64,000 nt of DNA from Ministeria vibrans ATCC 50519. Taxonomy: Eukaryota > Protista > Filasterea. Shown here in pieces: positions 39,101-52,400 of this stretch. Both the position numbers and the translations under genes were made by a program. The stretch spans positions 1 to 64,000 of the forward strand of contig CALSCP010001329.1 of the NCBI GenBank assembly GCA_943704425.1, written 5' to 3'. The notes beneath the pieces were generated by a model. That model made no database searches, was not told the DNA's origin, and saw only the letters and a list, made by a program, of their open reading frames with translations. The first letter of the stretch is position 1. Every line of letters starts with the position of its first letter.

Positions 39101-39940
39101 TTGCCTCGAGTGACCACCACCACCACAGCAACAGCAGCAGCAGCAGCATCAACAACTACAACTCCTACTACTACTACTACTACTACAGAAGCAGTAGCAG
39201 CAGCAAGAACAACAACAACTGCAAAAACAACAACAGCAACAACAACAGCAGCAGCAGCAGCAGTACCACCAATGTTGGTCACAACGACCGGCATCACATT
39301 AGAAGAACAAGATAGATTGGCCAGTGACGTCAAGCGGCTTGGTGGACGAACGGAAAAGGACTTTTCGGACCAGACGACACATGTTGTTGCTGCCGTCGAC
39401 AAGGAAGGGCGTTGCCCGCGTACCCTCAAATATCTCCGTGCATTGCTTGCGGGCGTGCCTGTCGTTCGTCCCGAATGGATCTCAGACTCGTCGCGTGAAA
39501 AGGCAGCTCGACCGGTGGACGACTACCTGGTACAGGGTGACACCATGACGACGGCTGTCTCGCCTGTGGCGCGTGCGCTCGAGCGCAAGAAACAGCAACA
39601 ACCTGGCGTCTTCTCAGGTTGCTCCTTTTATCTCGGACTGTACGAGCCGGTGCGAACGGCGGAGTTGAAACAACCTGTCGCAGGTGATTTGGAGCGACTC
39701 ATCTGCCTTGGCGGTGGACAGCTACTGGATGCGCCGCCTGAAGAACACGTTGCAGACGGCGCGGTTGCCCCACTACACCGTACCCAGTCTGCCTTGGCGG
39801 TCGCTCACTTTGTGGTGTTGGGCAAGGAACGACGACGCGAGGTTGCGTCGCTCACAGGCGACTCCATTGCCCCCGTACCTCCAACGTGGATTCTTGACTG
39901 CGTCTCGCATCAACAAGTCCTGCGTACTCTTCCACTGTAG
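36186..39940 (+). CDS. BARD1: BARD1-like protein: RING, IDR, RanBP2/NZF finger, ankyrin repeats, tandem BRCT
   Basis: RING split over 4 exons (CFLCREIMVDPAVVQGCSHTFCRKCLDDHIEKHSCCPKCQVPCWARDV); RNAVGETPLHIAA..GWSSLHEAC ankyrins; BRCT PRTLKYLRALLAG..WILDCVS. Confidence 0.88.
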
Positions 39941-40129
39941 AGCAATAATAATATTTAAATAATTGGGTTTAATTATTATGACTGTTAATTAGAATTTTTT
40001 TATACAAAATCAATGAAGACGTGCATAATTTTGGCGTGTACAAAGTTGTTTTTTTTTTTTGACGTATTAAATAATTGATCATCTCTTGACTAAGGCAACG
40101 ACGAGCATGCCAACTCGGAGAGTGTCCCA

Positions 40130-41201
40130 TCATGTCTTGACAAAGACAATAACAAGCACACCGACGACCATGACACTGGCAGCTCCGAGTCGTCGTGTGA
40201 TGTGGTCTTCGCCGAGAAAGAGCCAGCCAAATAGAACGGACACGAGCAATCCAGAGCGTTTGATGGCAATGACGTAGCTAACATAGGTCAGTTGACTTGC
40301 GCTAAGCTGGGCCCACTGAGCGAGCGAGCCTAGGGTGGCATTGAGGATGACCCATTGCGGGACTGAGAGTCGCGCCGCGAAAATTCGGCTCTTTTCCGAC
40401 ACAGTCGTGTCACCCAAGGAGACGCGAGGAGCGTCGAGATCAGAAAACAAAGTCACGGAGGTCGCCATGGACATGGAGAGTACTGCTGCAGGGACATGAT
40501 CGCGAAGAGCAGTGTGGCGTAGCAGGAGAAAGAGGAGAGCGGAAGGAAGGGAGACGAAGGCCTGGACGACGGCCGCCGTCAGTAAGGGCGGACCTCGGCT
40601 GGCGGAAATTTTGTCCAGAGTAGAGCTGAAACTCCATAGGAGCGAAACAAGAAGCATGTAGCGAACACCCGACGTCTGTCTTGATGTTGACGTGAGCGCA
40701 GCGTACAAAGTTTGAACGGTCTCGCCGGTACGGGAGACAAGGTAGCCGCCCACGCAGACAAGCAGCACGCCCAGGACAGCAAGTATAGGAGGCCGTTCGC
40801 CCAGGAACACATCAGCGACGACGAGGAGGAAGACTGGCGTGAAGGCCAGCATGGGAATGCACAGTCCAATTTGCGTCTGCTGCAGCGATGAGTAGTACAG
40901 CCAAGACGTCGCCAAATTGATAGAGCCCGTGGTCACAGCTGCATGCCAGTACGTTGATCCCGTTTCCGGGATGCTTTCGCCCAGTGCATAGGAGAGGGTC
41001 ATGAGAAGAGGACTGAAACAACGGAACAGTGAGAAGTGCCGCTAAGTTGTGTGTGTGTGTGTGTGTGTCGTACAACGCGACAGAGCCACGTAGAGCAAGT
41101 CCTAGAAGGGGCGAAGGGATCCGACGTCCCAGAGCGGTACGCGACACATCACATAGCCCGTTAGCGACGGAGGAGAGGGCGGCGAGAGCAATGCCCGACA
41201 T
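40130..41201 (-). CDS. EamA/DMT-superfamily transporter
   Basis: Two-repeat multi-TM protein with PMLAFTPVF..FLGE and YVIAIKRSGLLVSVLFGWLFLGE. Confidence 0.85.
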
Positions 41202-41755
41202 ATAAGAAAAAAAGTGAGACATTATTATTATTGTTATTATTTTTCCAATAATTATTATTATATTTATGATCAGCACAAACGAAAGGCGACAAGGAAACAA
41301 ATGAATATTGAATAGTTAATGATTAATGAAGTATTAAGTTATATTTAAGTATAAACTATAAAGTGAAAAGTTTACTCAAGCTAATAAAAATAAAATAATT
41401 AAGAAAATAAATAGAGAATCAAGAGCTGCACTAAATGGGTTGTATTCTTCTTCTAATTTATATTAATTATTATTATTATTTTACTATTCATGAATATAAG
41501 TCATATTTATCATGCAACAAAAGCACAAGTGCGATCACTATCCCGTGAGGTACTGAGATAATAGTAAATTTTGCAATATTCTATACTCCTATAGTACTAG
41601 AGAAAATAAGAAGAGGCCAGAACTCTGACAGGCGGTAACAACTGTTGCGTCAACAATATATAATCAATACAATTCTCCGACTCTTTAAATGAAATCTTCT
41701 AAAAAAAGTTTAAAAAATTGACATGACAAAGATCACACAATTTAAAAGCAAATTG

Positions 41756-42589
41756 TCATGTCGGGAGAGCTGTGCCAATGCGGTCCCCTGCAAAAAATTG
41801 AAGATTATTTTTAATTTTGGAAATGGTTTTGTTTGTGCTACGAACCCATTCGCACAAGCGACTCAATAGCCCGACTGCTGGTGTCCAAGAGGTCGGAATC
41901 AAAGAGAACACGATTGGGCTGGAACACAACGAGAATGGTGGAGCCGCCAAAGGCAAAGTAGCCGTGCTCGTCGCCCTTGCGCACGGTCGACCCCACAGCC
42001 GATTCAGTGATGACAATAGAGCCAACCATGGTCGCGCCAATCGACACATAAAGCACCTTGCCAAACACAGGCGACTCCAGCACAGCCACGTGCCGCTTGT
42101 TGTTGGTGTACACGTCAACTTACAAGGCAAATGCCATGGAAAGAAATGTGGAGTGAGTCAAAGCAAGCAGTGGATTCGTTTGAAATTCGAGCGTACTGGG
42201 TTCGCGCACCGCCATTGGATTGACCGTCATGAGAGCTCCATCAATGTCATACATGTCAACAACCGTACCCGAGACGGGCCAGTGGAAGCGATGGTAGTCC
42301 TGCGGAGCCAGTCGGAAGATGGCAAGCGCACCGCCGTTAAACTCGCTAGCAAGTGCCGGACGTTGAGTCAACGACGCCAAGGTAAACTGTGATCCTTTGA
42401 TCCACAGTGTCGTCGCGTCAGATATTCTAACAGTACGGTGAGAGAGGAGGAGAGAAAAAAAGAAAGAAAAATGAGAGAAAGAGAGAGGGAGAGAGAAAGA
42501 AACAAAGTGATAGAAAGAGGAGGTAGCAAGAACAAAGTGAAAGAGAGAGAGAGAGAGTTCAAGAGAGAGAGAGTTCAAGAGAGAGAGTT

Positions 42590-42650
<61 letters not shown>

Positions 42651-42737
42651 AAGAGAGAGAGAGAGAGAGTTCAAGAGTTCAAGAGAGAGAGTTCAAGAGT
42701 TCAAGAGAGAGAGTTCAAGAGTTCAAGAGAGAGAGTT

Positions 42738-42773
<36 letters not shown>

Positions 42774-43010
42774 TGTGTGTGTTTGTTTGTTGTTTGTGTG
42801 TGTGCGTGAGTCAATTATTTTCGAACGTTGCAAATGCGTTGCAGCGACAATCAGCCGCACTGACAACTACTGTGTCATCGTCTGCACCCGCAATCGGACG
42901 CGCACTCGGTTTCAACTTGCGATAGAAAAACTCATTAAAGGTCTTAAACGAGTTCACATCCTCCAACATTTCTAAGACAAGAAGAGATAATGAGCGAGAG
43001 AAAGAGAGAG

Positions 43011-43101
<91 letters not shown>

Positions 43102-43256
43102 AAGAGAGAGAGTTCAAGAGAGAGAGTTCAAGAGAGTTCAAGAGAGTTCAAGAGAGAGAGAGAGAGAGTTCAAGAGAGTTCAAGAGAGTTCAAGAGAGAG
43201 AGTTCAAGAGAGTTCAAGAGAGAGAGAGAGTTCAAGAGAGAGAGAGAGAGAGAGAG

Positions 43257-43311
<55 letters not shown>

Positions 43312-43442
43312 NNNNNNNNNNNNNNNNNNNNNNNNNNNNNNNNNNNNNNNNNNNNNNNNNNNNNNNNNNNNNNNNNNNNNNNNNNNNNNNNNNNNNNNNN
43401 NNNNNNNNNNNNNNNNNNNNNNNNNNNNNNNNNNNNNNNNNN

Positions 43443-43514
<72 letters not shown>

Positions 43515-45286
43515 AAAAGCGACAAAGAGAAACAAAGTGACAGAGGGAGAAACACAGCGACGGAGAGAGTGACGCACCGTTGACATTGAGATTAAAATAG
43601 CGGATAAAGGGCGCAATGCGAGCGCGTGAGCGGGGGTCGTCAAAGGCACGTCCCTGTCGCTCTGACATGCGCTGCAGCACCCGCAGTGTCTGCTTCACTT
43701 TCAGCACCGACTCTCCAACGCGCGTCATGTACATCAGCCGAATTCCAACCTACATTGTAACCGTTCATCATTTACTCTGTGTGCTGTCTGTGTTTGTTTC
43801 GTACCATTACAAAAGTGGCAATTTTCTCTTCAATGAGTGCTCCGGTGTGTCGGTTCTTGACGGTAATCACTCCATTTACATTTCGGTCCTAAGGCATGAA
43901 GCACAAAAGCACAGAATCAAAAAGTATGTCTCAACACATCACTCACGCAGAAAGATACTAATTTATATCACTTTTTTTCTTTCTCCCTCCTCTCTCCCTC
44001 AGATTTGTACCACTGCCCTTCCAGCTGTGATGCGCTTTGAAAAGCGAGCGAGCCATCCGCGCACCACACTGGCTTCGCTGACATGCGTCTCGGCAATCAG
44101 TCCTGCGTTCGCCTCGTTCGATGCGCCAAAAACCAGTGCTAGTACCGCAGAGTTGTTGAGCATGTCCCGCTGGTTGCCCGACGATAGAATGTCGTACACC
44201 TGTTTCGCAATAATTAAATAAAATGACATTAAATGACTTCTTCTTGCGTACTTCATCGTAGGAGAATCTCTTGTCGGGGCACTGCGCGCAGCTCTTGTCC
44301 AAGTGACTTGCGTCAAGTGGGTACCCAACGTAGTCAAAGAAGGTCTCAACCTCTTCACGTGTCAGCTCACCCGGCTCCTCCTCAGAGCCCCACTGCCCCC
44401 AAACCAAACAAAACACCGCACGTCAGTCGTTTCGTGTTCCACAATCTGAATGTGTTTTGACGTACGTCTTTGATGACGGCCTTCCAGGCCTCGCGCTCAA
44501 CTTGTGAGAGGGGAACATTTTCGACGCGCAGATGCAGTCGCGGCACACCACTGTCGGCGTCGTGGTCGATTGCATCGGCATCGGCATCGTACTCGTCCAG
44601 CGATTCAATGGCATACCCACCCTTGAGCATGGGCAGCCAAAATTCGCGCTCGGTCGACGGTTTGTCGACGAAGGAGAAGCGACGCAGAAGCGGCTGTGCG
44701 GTGCTCGGATGCTGCAAAAACAAGCGAGCAGACGCAGTGCACGACGCCAGCTCCACATTGCGCGACACCTTCTTGCCATACACTGAAAACTTGACCTGGA
44801 AGTCCTCTTCGCCCTCGAGCACCACGCTAAGCAGCGTAACACGTCAGAAGGACACAATAAACAAACATTCTCAGCGTACACATTGAAACTCTGTGAAAAG
44901 TCAAAGCGCTCGTCGTCGAGGGCCACGGCACGCGTACGAATCACATTCCAGCTGAAGGAGACAACAGCAAATGCGTGCATCCACACAAGCGTGAGCTGCG
45001 AGCCGCGCCGTGTGTGCAGACTGCGTCGCCATATCTCAAACACAATTGCCGTCAGCACAGCGGCCACCGTGTAAAAGCGAGTCGCGTCGGTCGTCGAGCC
45101 AAACACAATGGCAGCACACCAGAGGATGATGTATGCCAGGACAAACGAGGCAACGAGGAGGTGTCCAGCGCGCAGTCCTTTCCCCGGCGTCAGTCCGGTC
45201 CCTTCGATCACAGTGAATTTGAGAACTCCTGCCATCTTTCTGCGCTCGCCTCCCGCGAGCCTCCCTCGGTCAAACGTGGCAGACAT
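41756..45286 (-). CDS. Phosphatidylserine decarboxylase, PSD2 type (C2 + EF-hand-like + catalytic)
   Basis: FKTFNEFFYRKLKP..RPIA, SAADCR, AIFRLAPQDYHRFHWPV, GYFAFGGST autocleavage site. Contains an N gap at 43312-43441. Confidence 0.93.
42440..43512. repeat. Compound intronic microsatellites (GA)n with GAGTTCAA interruptions, flanking a PSD exon at about 42827-42972
   Basis: Directly visible. Confidence 0.9.
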
Positions 45287-45662
45287 GTCGCCAAGGAAGA
45301 TTTGTTGTTTTTAAATAAATGTGTGTCTGCGGAATGACTGGGTCTCACACGGGAGTGTGGTGAGGACGTGTCACTCAGTCACACTGACCAACCAATTCAA
45401 GTAATTACTCGAGTCAGAATTGAGAATGCCTGCCAGACCGCCACTCGTTCGCAGATAAATCGCAGTGCTCAGAATGACGAATTGGCAAGTCTAGGCGAGA
45501 CACTGGATGCGCTTCAGCGCAGTTTATTAGTATTATTACTTTATTAGTATTATTATTATTATTACAGCTCTCAATTCTCTATTAATTTTATTTTCTTATT
45601 ATTAGTATTCTTATTCTTATTATTAGTATTATTCCTACTTCTATTCCTAAAATTATAAACTT

Positions 45663-48327
45663 TTATTGGTTCTTTTGCGCCTTGTACTGCGCCGACATCA
45701 TCTTCATCACCTCTCCTTGCGGCATCCCCGGATGAGCCCGTTTCAGTTCTCCCATGTGCTCTTTCATGTACAGTGCAAAGGCATTTGGCGGGCGACTTTT
45801 GCGCACTGAGCCATCTGCATTCAGTGAAGGCTATAATACAGATGTGCATTAGTATTATTTGTACGTCATCATTATTGTTGTTCGTTTGTACAAGTAGTGT
45901 CAGACGACCGCCACAAGGACACCCTTGGCGCTCAACATTAATGGACTTGCTGTGGCGAGGGAAGATCTTGAGGCAGCCGCCACACTGGTACTGATACTTG
46001 TAGGCAATGTCGTATGAGTGGCACGTCGCAATGCTCAGGTGTGGGTAGTGGCGCATGGCACGCGCCGCCCACGTCTTGAAGAGCGGTCCGTGCGGCGGCT
46101 TGCTCGAGTGGTTGATGAGCCAGGCGGCGACATGACACATCTCGTGACACAGAGTGTTTTGAAGCTTCTCGCGCGCATCAATAACTTTGGTACTCAGTTC
46201 AATCGAGGCAGAGTAGACATCAAGACGGCGACGCAGTTTTGCCTGGCCCGCCGTCTTGTTAAGCTTCTTGTTCCACACAATGCTAAGAGACGCCGGCAGT
46301 GCGCCCCCAAACACCGTATGGTTGTACTGGGCATAGAGTGCGCGCGCCTCCACTTCGCGCGTGCGAGCAAAGGCGCGTATCGCAGCCGAGGGCGTAGCCG
46401 TCCCCTTGGGTGTCGGCTGGGTCCACGCAGGCAGTGCATTGTCGGTAGTGTACGCTGGGGTGGCTGGCGGTGTGCGCGGCTCTACGACGGGTGCGGGGGG
46501 TGTCACACAGTCTGTAAAGCTCTCGTTGGCATCCGTGAACACATCCGAATCAGAGTCTGACTGCTTAGTCGCATCCTCATCCTCATCGTCATCGCTGAGA
46601 ATCGAGTCATCCAGACTGGAGCAACTGTGTACATCATCATCTTCGTCCGTCACAAAGCCCTCTACCGTCCCATCGAGCTCACTGTCATTGTCCTCTTCGC
46701 TCGACGAGTCCACCACAATGCGTCGTCGTCGCACTCCACTTGCTCCCCCTCGACGTACCCCAACACTCTCACTCTCACTCTCGTCACTTTCATCAGACAC
46801 GTTTTCCAGTGCCGTAATAAGCGATACTCCTAAGCGACGAAAAAAAAAAAACAAAAAAAAAAAANNNNNNNNNNCCCCATGTCACTCACACAGTCACACA
46901 TGCAAACACCTTCTTCTGTCCTTACCCCTTTAAATAATTAGTGTCGTTCTCACCGGGTCGCGCGGTGGTCATGAGCATCGACCGGCGTCCACGCGCAACG
47001 GGAACAACTGCATCTATGAATGTTAAAAAAAAGAAGAAAACAAAAACAAAGCACTCAAAGTGAGTGCAGAGATACCACACATACAGTGCATCTTACGTGG
47101 CGAGCTAGCACCTTCGTCAATGACTTCACACACACCATCATCGGTTGAGTCTCTTTCCTCTCCATCAAAATCCTCCTCCTCCTCCTCCTCTTCCTCCTCC
47201 TCATCTTCTGCTTCCCAATCCCGCCCCCCTTCAGCGTGTCCATACGCATCTTCGTCTTCATCGTCCTGCACGACAAACGACAGGTCCTCCTCGTCGGCGT
47301 CGTCATAGTCGTCTTCGTCGTCCTCACTCCCTAACGTATCTACAAGCACAATAAAAAAAAGAAAAAAAAAACAAAAAGAAAGAGAAGGATACACTACATC
47401 AATCACACACCGCGCAAACCTGTGTGCCCTACCTCCATCTTCAGGCTCGCTCTCTATCGCTCCTTCTCCCTCCAACAACTCGTCGCCTTCCTCCGCTTCG
47501 TCAGAATGCACGGACCCTGCCAACTCAAGCTCACCGCCTGTCACAGACCAATTTCGTTACGACATAACAAAAAAACCCCCGTTAAACCCTTTGTTCACAC
47601 GTACCAACCGTACACGCGTCGTAATGGTTTAAAATGGGCCCTTGCGGACCGTCATCATCATCATCATCGACAAACTGACATCCTTTCAACAGGTTTGCCA
47701 GTTCGTCCGCACGCTCGCCATTCTCCCCTGCCGTTCCTTCCATTGCGTCCGTCTCAATTCCATCATGAATAGCCACAGATTCCATTGCGGCCGCAATCGA
47801 AGCAACCTCGTCCGTCGCGAAACAATCACTGGTGTCCGCAGCCTTAGCCAGTGGGGCGTCAGTCAGCGCCTCCTCCTCTTCGTCGCTGCTGTCGACAACA
47901 CGACGACTCCGAGGTCGCACTCGTCCGGCCAGTGGCGAACACTCATTGTTCTCCTCCTCATGCTCAACGATCTCTTCGGACTCTGCAGTATTTGTCTGTG
48001 AGGGTTTGAATGTCAATAAGTTGAACGAACGCAATTTTTTGAAAAGAGCGCAAACCTGGTCGTGATCGCCGTTCGGTACCATTTCACGGCTCCTGCTGCT
48101 GCTTGCCGAGTTTTCTTTGTTACGTGCCTTCCACCGAGTGGGCATGTACTTCTGTTGGAGCACCACCTTCGCCAGAGTCAGAGTCAGACACTCTCAGTCG
48201 CGGTGTTTCTTTTTGAAAAAGTTTCGCCAACCTCTTTGAATTTCCGTTGCATTGTCGGCTCATTCCACTTCCAGCGAGAAGAGGCTTCCGTAAACTGATT
48301 GCGTAGAGTCTCCAGCCGAGAGTTCAT
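45663..48327 (-). CDS. GCNA: GCNA/ACRC-like SprT metalloprotease with acidic IDR, Zn ribbon and HMG-like C-terminus (start uncertain)
   Basis: WNKKLNKTAG..IELSTKVID..NTLCHEMCH..HGPLFK..CHSYDI..YQCGGC..RHSKS; C-terminal NAFALYMKEH..HPGMPQGEVMK; long D/E-rich N-terminus. Contains an N gap at 46865-46874. Confidence 0.88.
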
Positions 48328-48498
48328 GCTGGGGAGCGTTCCGTAAGAGTGGGCTGAAAGGTAAAAAATATTAATGAGTTATGAACTATGAATGGTGACA
48401 ATGATCAATTAGATTTGACACTTACTTTCTCTTTATACTCTCTCTCTCTCTTACTTGCTCTCTGTCTGTGTATCTTTCTGACTGCTCAGACTTCCAGC

Positions 48499-49320
48499 AT
48501 GTCGAAAATGTCAACAGGGAAGCGCGCGGTGACGTCTTCGACAAGTTCGCCGTCGTCTGGTCGCCTTCGCCGGCCCTCCCGCCAGCTCTCCATGAGCGCC
48601 AACGTCGTCAACCAGATGCTGGGGCACCACCATCAAACCTCGCGCGTTGCCTTTCACGACGCAATTGTGAAACCGTAAACTCGAACCCCAAAATTGTTAT
48701 TCTCATGGTTTTGAAAAAACTATCTTCCACTCCGTTCGTCTGCTGGACGCTTGTTTCCCTCTCGTTTCACCTCTCCATATGGGACTGTATGTTTCATTGC
48801 ACCCTTTGCGCCCTGCTATTATCCCCTCAGTCCGACTGTGATCGAGAAATATTTACGAGCCATAGCAACGTCATCAAACCTTTTTTTGGGGGGAAACACT
48901 CTTTGGATGTGTGTGAAGCAACCCTAGCCCTCCCCATTGCGCATTCTCCACGCCGTGCACGACTCTTCTTCTTTTCCTGTATTCTCGTCGATTACATATT
49001 GTAGTTATAATATCGTTTTCGCTTGAAAAAAACGACGCTTGTCAAACCTTGGCACAAAAAAAAAAACGTCTCTGGTCGTTCGTTGTGTGTCTCCTTGTCC
49101 TCTTCCTCACCTGTTCTCCTCTCCTTTGGATGTATCTGTGTGCCCTTTGGAACAGACGGACGGACCGCAAGCCGGAGGACATTGACATCATTGCGTCGGA
49201 GCTGCGCAAACTCGAAGCGATGGGCAAGTTTGCCGATGAGCTCATGCCGGCCGTCGCGCAGGTTGCCGAGCTTGTGACGTACGGCAAGGACAAAGTGGGT
49301 ACGTCGCAGTGTACACTATG

Positions 49321-49390
<70 letters not shown>

Positions 49391-49411
49391 ATGCGTGTGT
49401 GTGTATGGGTA

Positions 49412-49494
<83 letters not shown>

Positions 49495-52400
49495 CAAGAC
49501 ACATTGTGTTAATCTGTTTGTGGGTGCAGTCTTTGAGATTGGTGACCAAGGCACCGCATTCTACGTGATTGCCAGCGGATCAGCCGCGGTCGCCGTGCCG
49601 TCGCGTACCGACCCCAAGAGTGAGACAGTCGTGTGTTGTCTGTTCTCGGGTCACGGTTTTGGCGATGTCGCTCTGATCAACAGCAAGCCGCGCAATGCGA
49701 CTGTGCGCAGCCGCGAGTCGTCTCAGTTTGTGCGCATTCTCAAAGATGATTTCCTCAATATCTGGAAGAGGCAACGCGAAGTAAGCCATTGTGCATTGCG
49801 GACCTTTTTTTTCTTTTTTTCTAAACATACGTGCCGTATAGATTGAAGAAGAGGCGGAGAATGCGACGACGAAACAAGCGTCGGAGCGAGGGGCAGCACA
49901 CGGTGTGAAGGAGCCGTCGGCGCGCGTATCACAGTTGCTAACCGTGCCAGGGGGTCCCACAGGCAGTCCCAAGCCGGGGCTGAAGCGCGTCTCGTCGGCT
50001 GTGTCCGTTTGTTCGTTTGAGGGCGACACTGCCGACGAGGCAGGCTCGTCAAAGCAGGACCAGAGTCCTAATGCGTCCATGGCGAGCATCGACTCGGTTC
50101 TGTCATCCCTTCGCAAAGAGTAACAAAAAAAAGCACATTAATTATTCGTATGTTTGTCTTGTTTTTTGTATGGTGTTTGTACTCTTTGATGTATTCATTT
50201 GGCTTTTTATGTGTATCTGACTATTTATTTGGCATTTGTGTGTATCTGATTATTTATGTGACATTTTATGTGTGTCTGACTTGTGTGGACTTGTTTAGAC
50301 CGACCAAACGCGATGCGGAGGACATTGCGAACATTTTCAATGACATTATGCAGCTCAAGTCCATGTTTCACTTGTCTGCGTCCATCCGCAGACAGCTGGC
50401 GGCCGTGGTGGTTTTGGTTGAAGTACCGAATGCGGAGCACATTGGTACGTGGGGAGAAACACAGAGTGAAAATGATAATGGAGATAATCTGACGCGCTGT
50501 TTTCTTCTCTCCCGCTTAGTGTTTGAGCAGGGCGATCAAGGCGAAACGTGGTATGTGATTCTGCGAGGCTCAGTGGATGTGGTTGTGAACGGCGTCAACG
50601 TGTGCACTCTGCGCGAGGGCGATGGTTTTGGCGAACTCAGTGTCATCAGCAACGACCCTCGGTACGCGAGTATCATTTTTCCCCTCTCTTTCTCATGTGG
50701 TGTGTGTGTGTGTGTGTGTGTAGATCTGCAACCATCGTGACTGGTGAGCCTGGCTGTCAATTTGTCACGGTGCAGGCGAATGATTACAAGCGCATTCTGA
50801 AAGACTTGGAGGAGAAGACAGTGCGTTTAATGGAGCACGATAAGGTCACCATGATCATGGAGCGCCTTAGCTTTGGTGTCGGAAAGGAAGGGTAATGTTC
50901 AGTGTTCGACACACTCTTTTTTTTGTGTATCTGGGACTATGTGTGTGTGTGTGTCTATCTCTCTCTATCTGTGACTGTGACTGTGTGTATGTGTGTTTGT
51001 AACTCACTGGCTGTGCGCATGTTAGGTACATTGTGATGGCTGGAACACCAGAAAAACTGACAGAGCACCTTGAGAAGGAGCATGAAGCCGGTGAGTTGTT
51101 GTGGTGGTGTGTTTATTTTTGCGTTGTCTTGTCTTATTCAGTTCTTTTTCTACCAAACTGCACAGACCCAAAGTACCTTCGGGACTTTTTACTGACGTTC
51201 CGGGCGTTTATGGAGCCATCAGCGCTGTGGAGGCATTTGATGGCGTCATTCTACTACGAACCGCCGGTTGCCAGCACCGTCGACAATGTTGATCATGTTC
51301 TGCGCAACCAGCGCGACCGACAGGCCAAGTACACAGTGTTTGTGTTGGGACTGTGGGTCACTGTTTCGTGTGGGTGCATATATCTGTGTGACTGATGCCT
51401 CTGGGTCTTGGTGTAGGGTTGTCGTCGTCATTTACGAGTGGATGAATTGCTTTATTGAGGATTTTGACGATGATTTGGAGCTGCAGGTGAAACAGTTTGA
51501 TTGGACACTCTGTCTTTCCACTCATATCAACTTTGTGGTTTTTTAGGAGAATCTCATCAAGTTTGTCGAGTCGTTAAGGCAAGAGAAACTGGAGGATGAT
51601 CTCGACCAGTTTCTGTCTGAGATGGAAGACGCAGTCAAAGACGACGGACAGAAAGCGACGAGGTACGAGCGACACAATATTCAAAATGGGATTCGCGCAC
51701 AGCTCACACCCACTTGTTTGATTGTCTGTTTAGTGAGATGATGAAGAATGAAAATCAGTATCAGGCGCAGGTGAGTAACTCGATGAAATATGTCTCTGTA
51801 GTACGCGATTTCACATTCTTCTTTTCGTGCAGTTGCGCGCCTCGTTCTTCCGCAAACTCTCCGAACTCTCTGTGGGTCTTACGTCCAGTGATTCCCTCTC
51901 TCGCAAATCAATTTCTGCTCCCAATGTGACACAAGAACTTGGTATACGACGAAGAGAAAACGCAATGAGAGATTTTATTAGTTCCTTTTGCCTCGTTTCT
52001 CTATCTCTTTTGTTTTTTTTTTTCACTCTCTCTCTCACTCTCTCTCACTCTCTCGCTTGCTTTGCAGAGCGCATCAAAGTATACCTAAGCGACGAGAGCT
52101 ACAAGACACTGGCAGTGCTGAGCAACACGCCCGCACGGGAGATCATCCAGTTGGCCCTTGAGAAATTTCATGTTACAGACAAGTCTGTCAAGTGGAATCT
52201 CTGCGAAGTCCGTTCCGACGGTGGTACAGAGAATTTTTAGTGCGCTCGTTGGTCGAAACAAGACCTTTCCCTCTGATACTATTCCTTTCCGTAGCGGTGA
52301 TTGTTCTTGCCGACACAGACTGCAGTCTAGGCGCGCGTCTGGGCCTCAACAGTCGTTACTATCTGCGTCACGAAGGCCAAGTGGAAATTGCTCTCCCCGC

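Noticed and set aside
43312-43441. N runs (also 24258-24267 and 46865-46874)
   Set aside because: Assembly gaps next to simple repeats, not biology.
47383-47392. GTATCCTTCT U12-type donor on the - strand in GCNA
   Set aside because: It lies inside an intron that has an ordinary upstream donor (GTAGGG at about 47432); a short intron from this site lacks a U12 branch signal.
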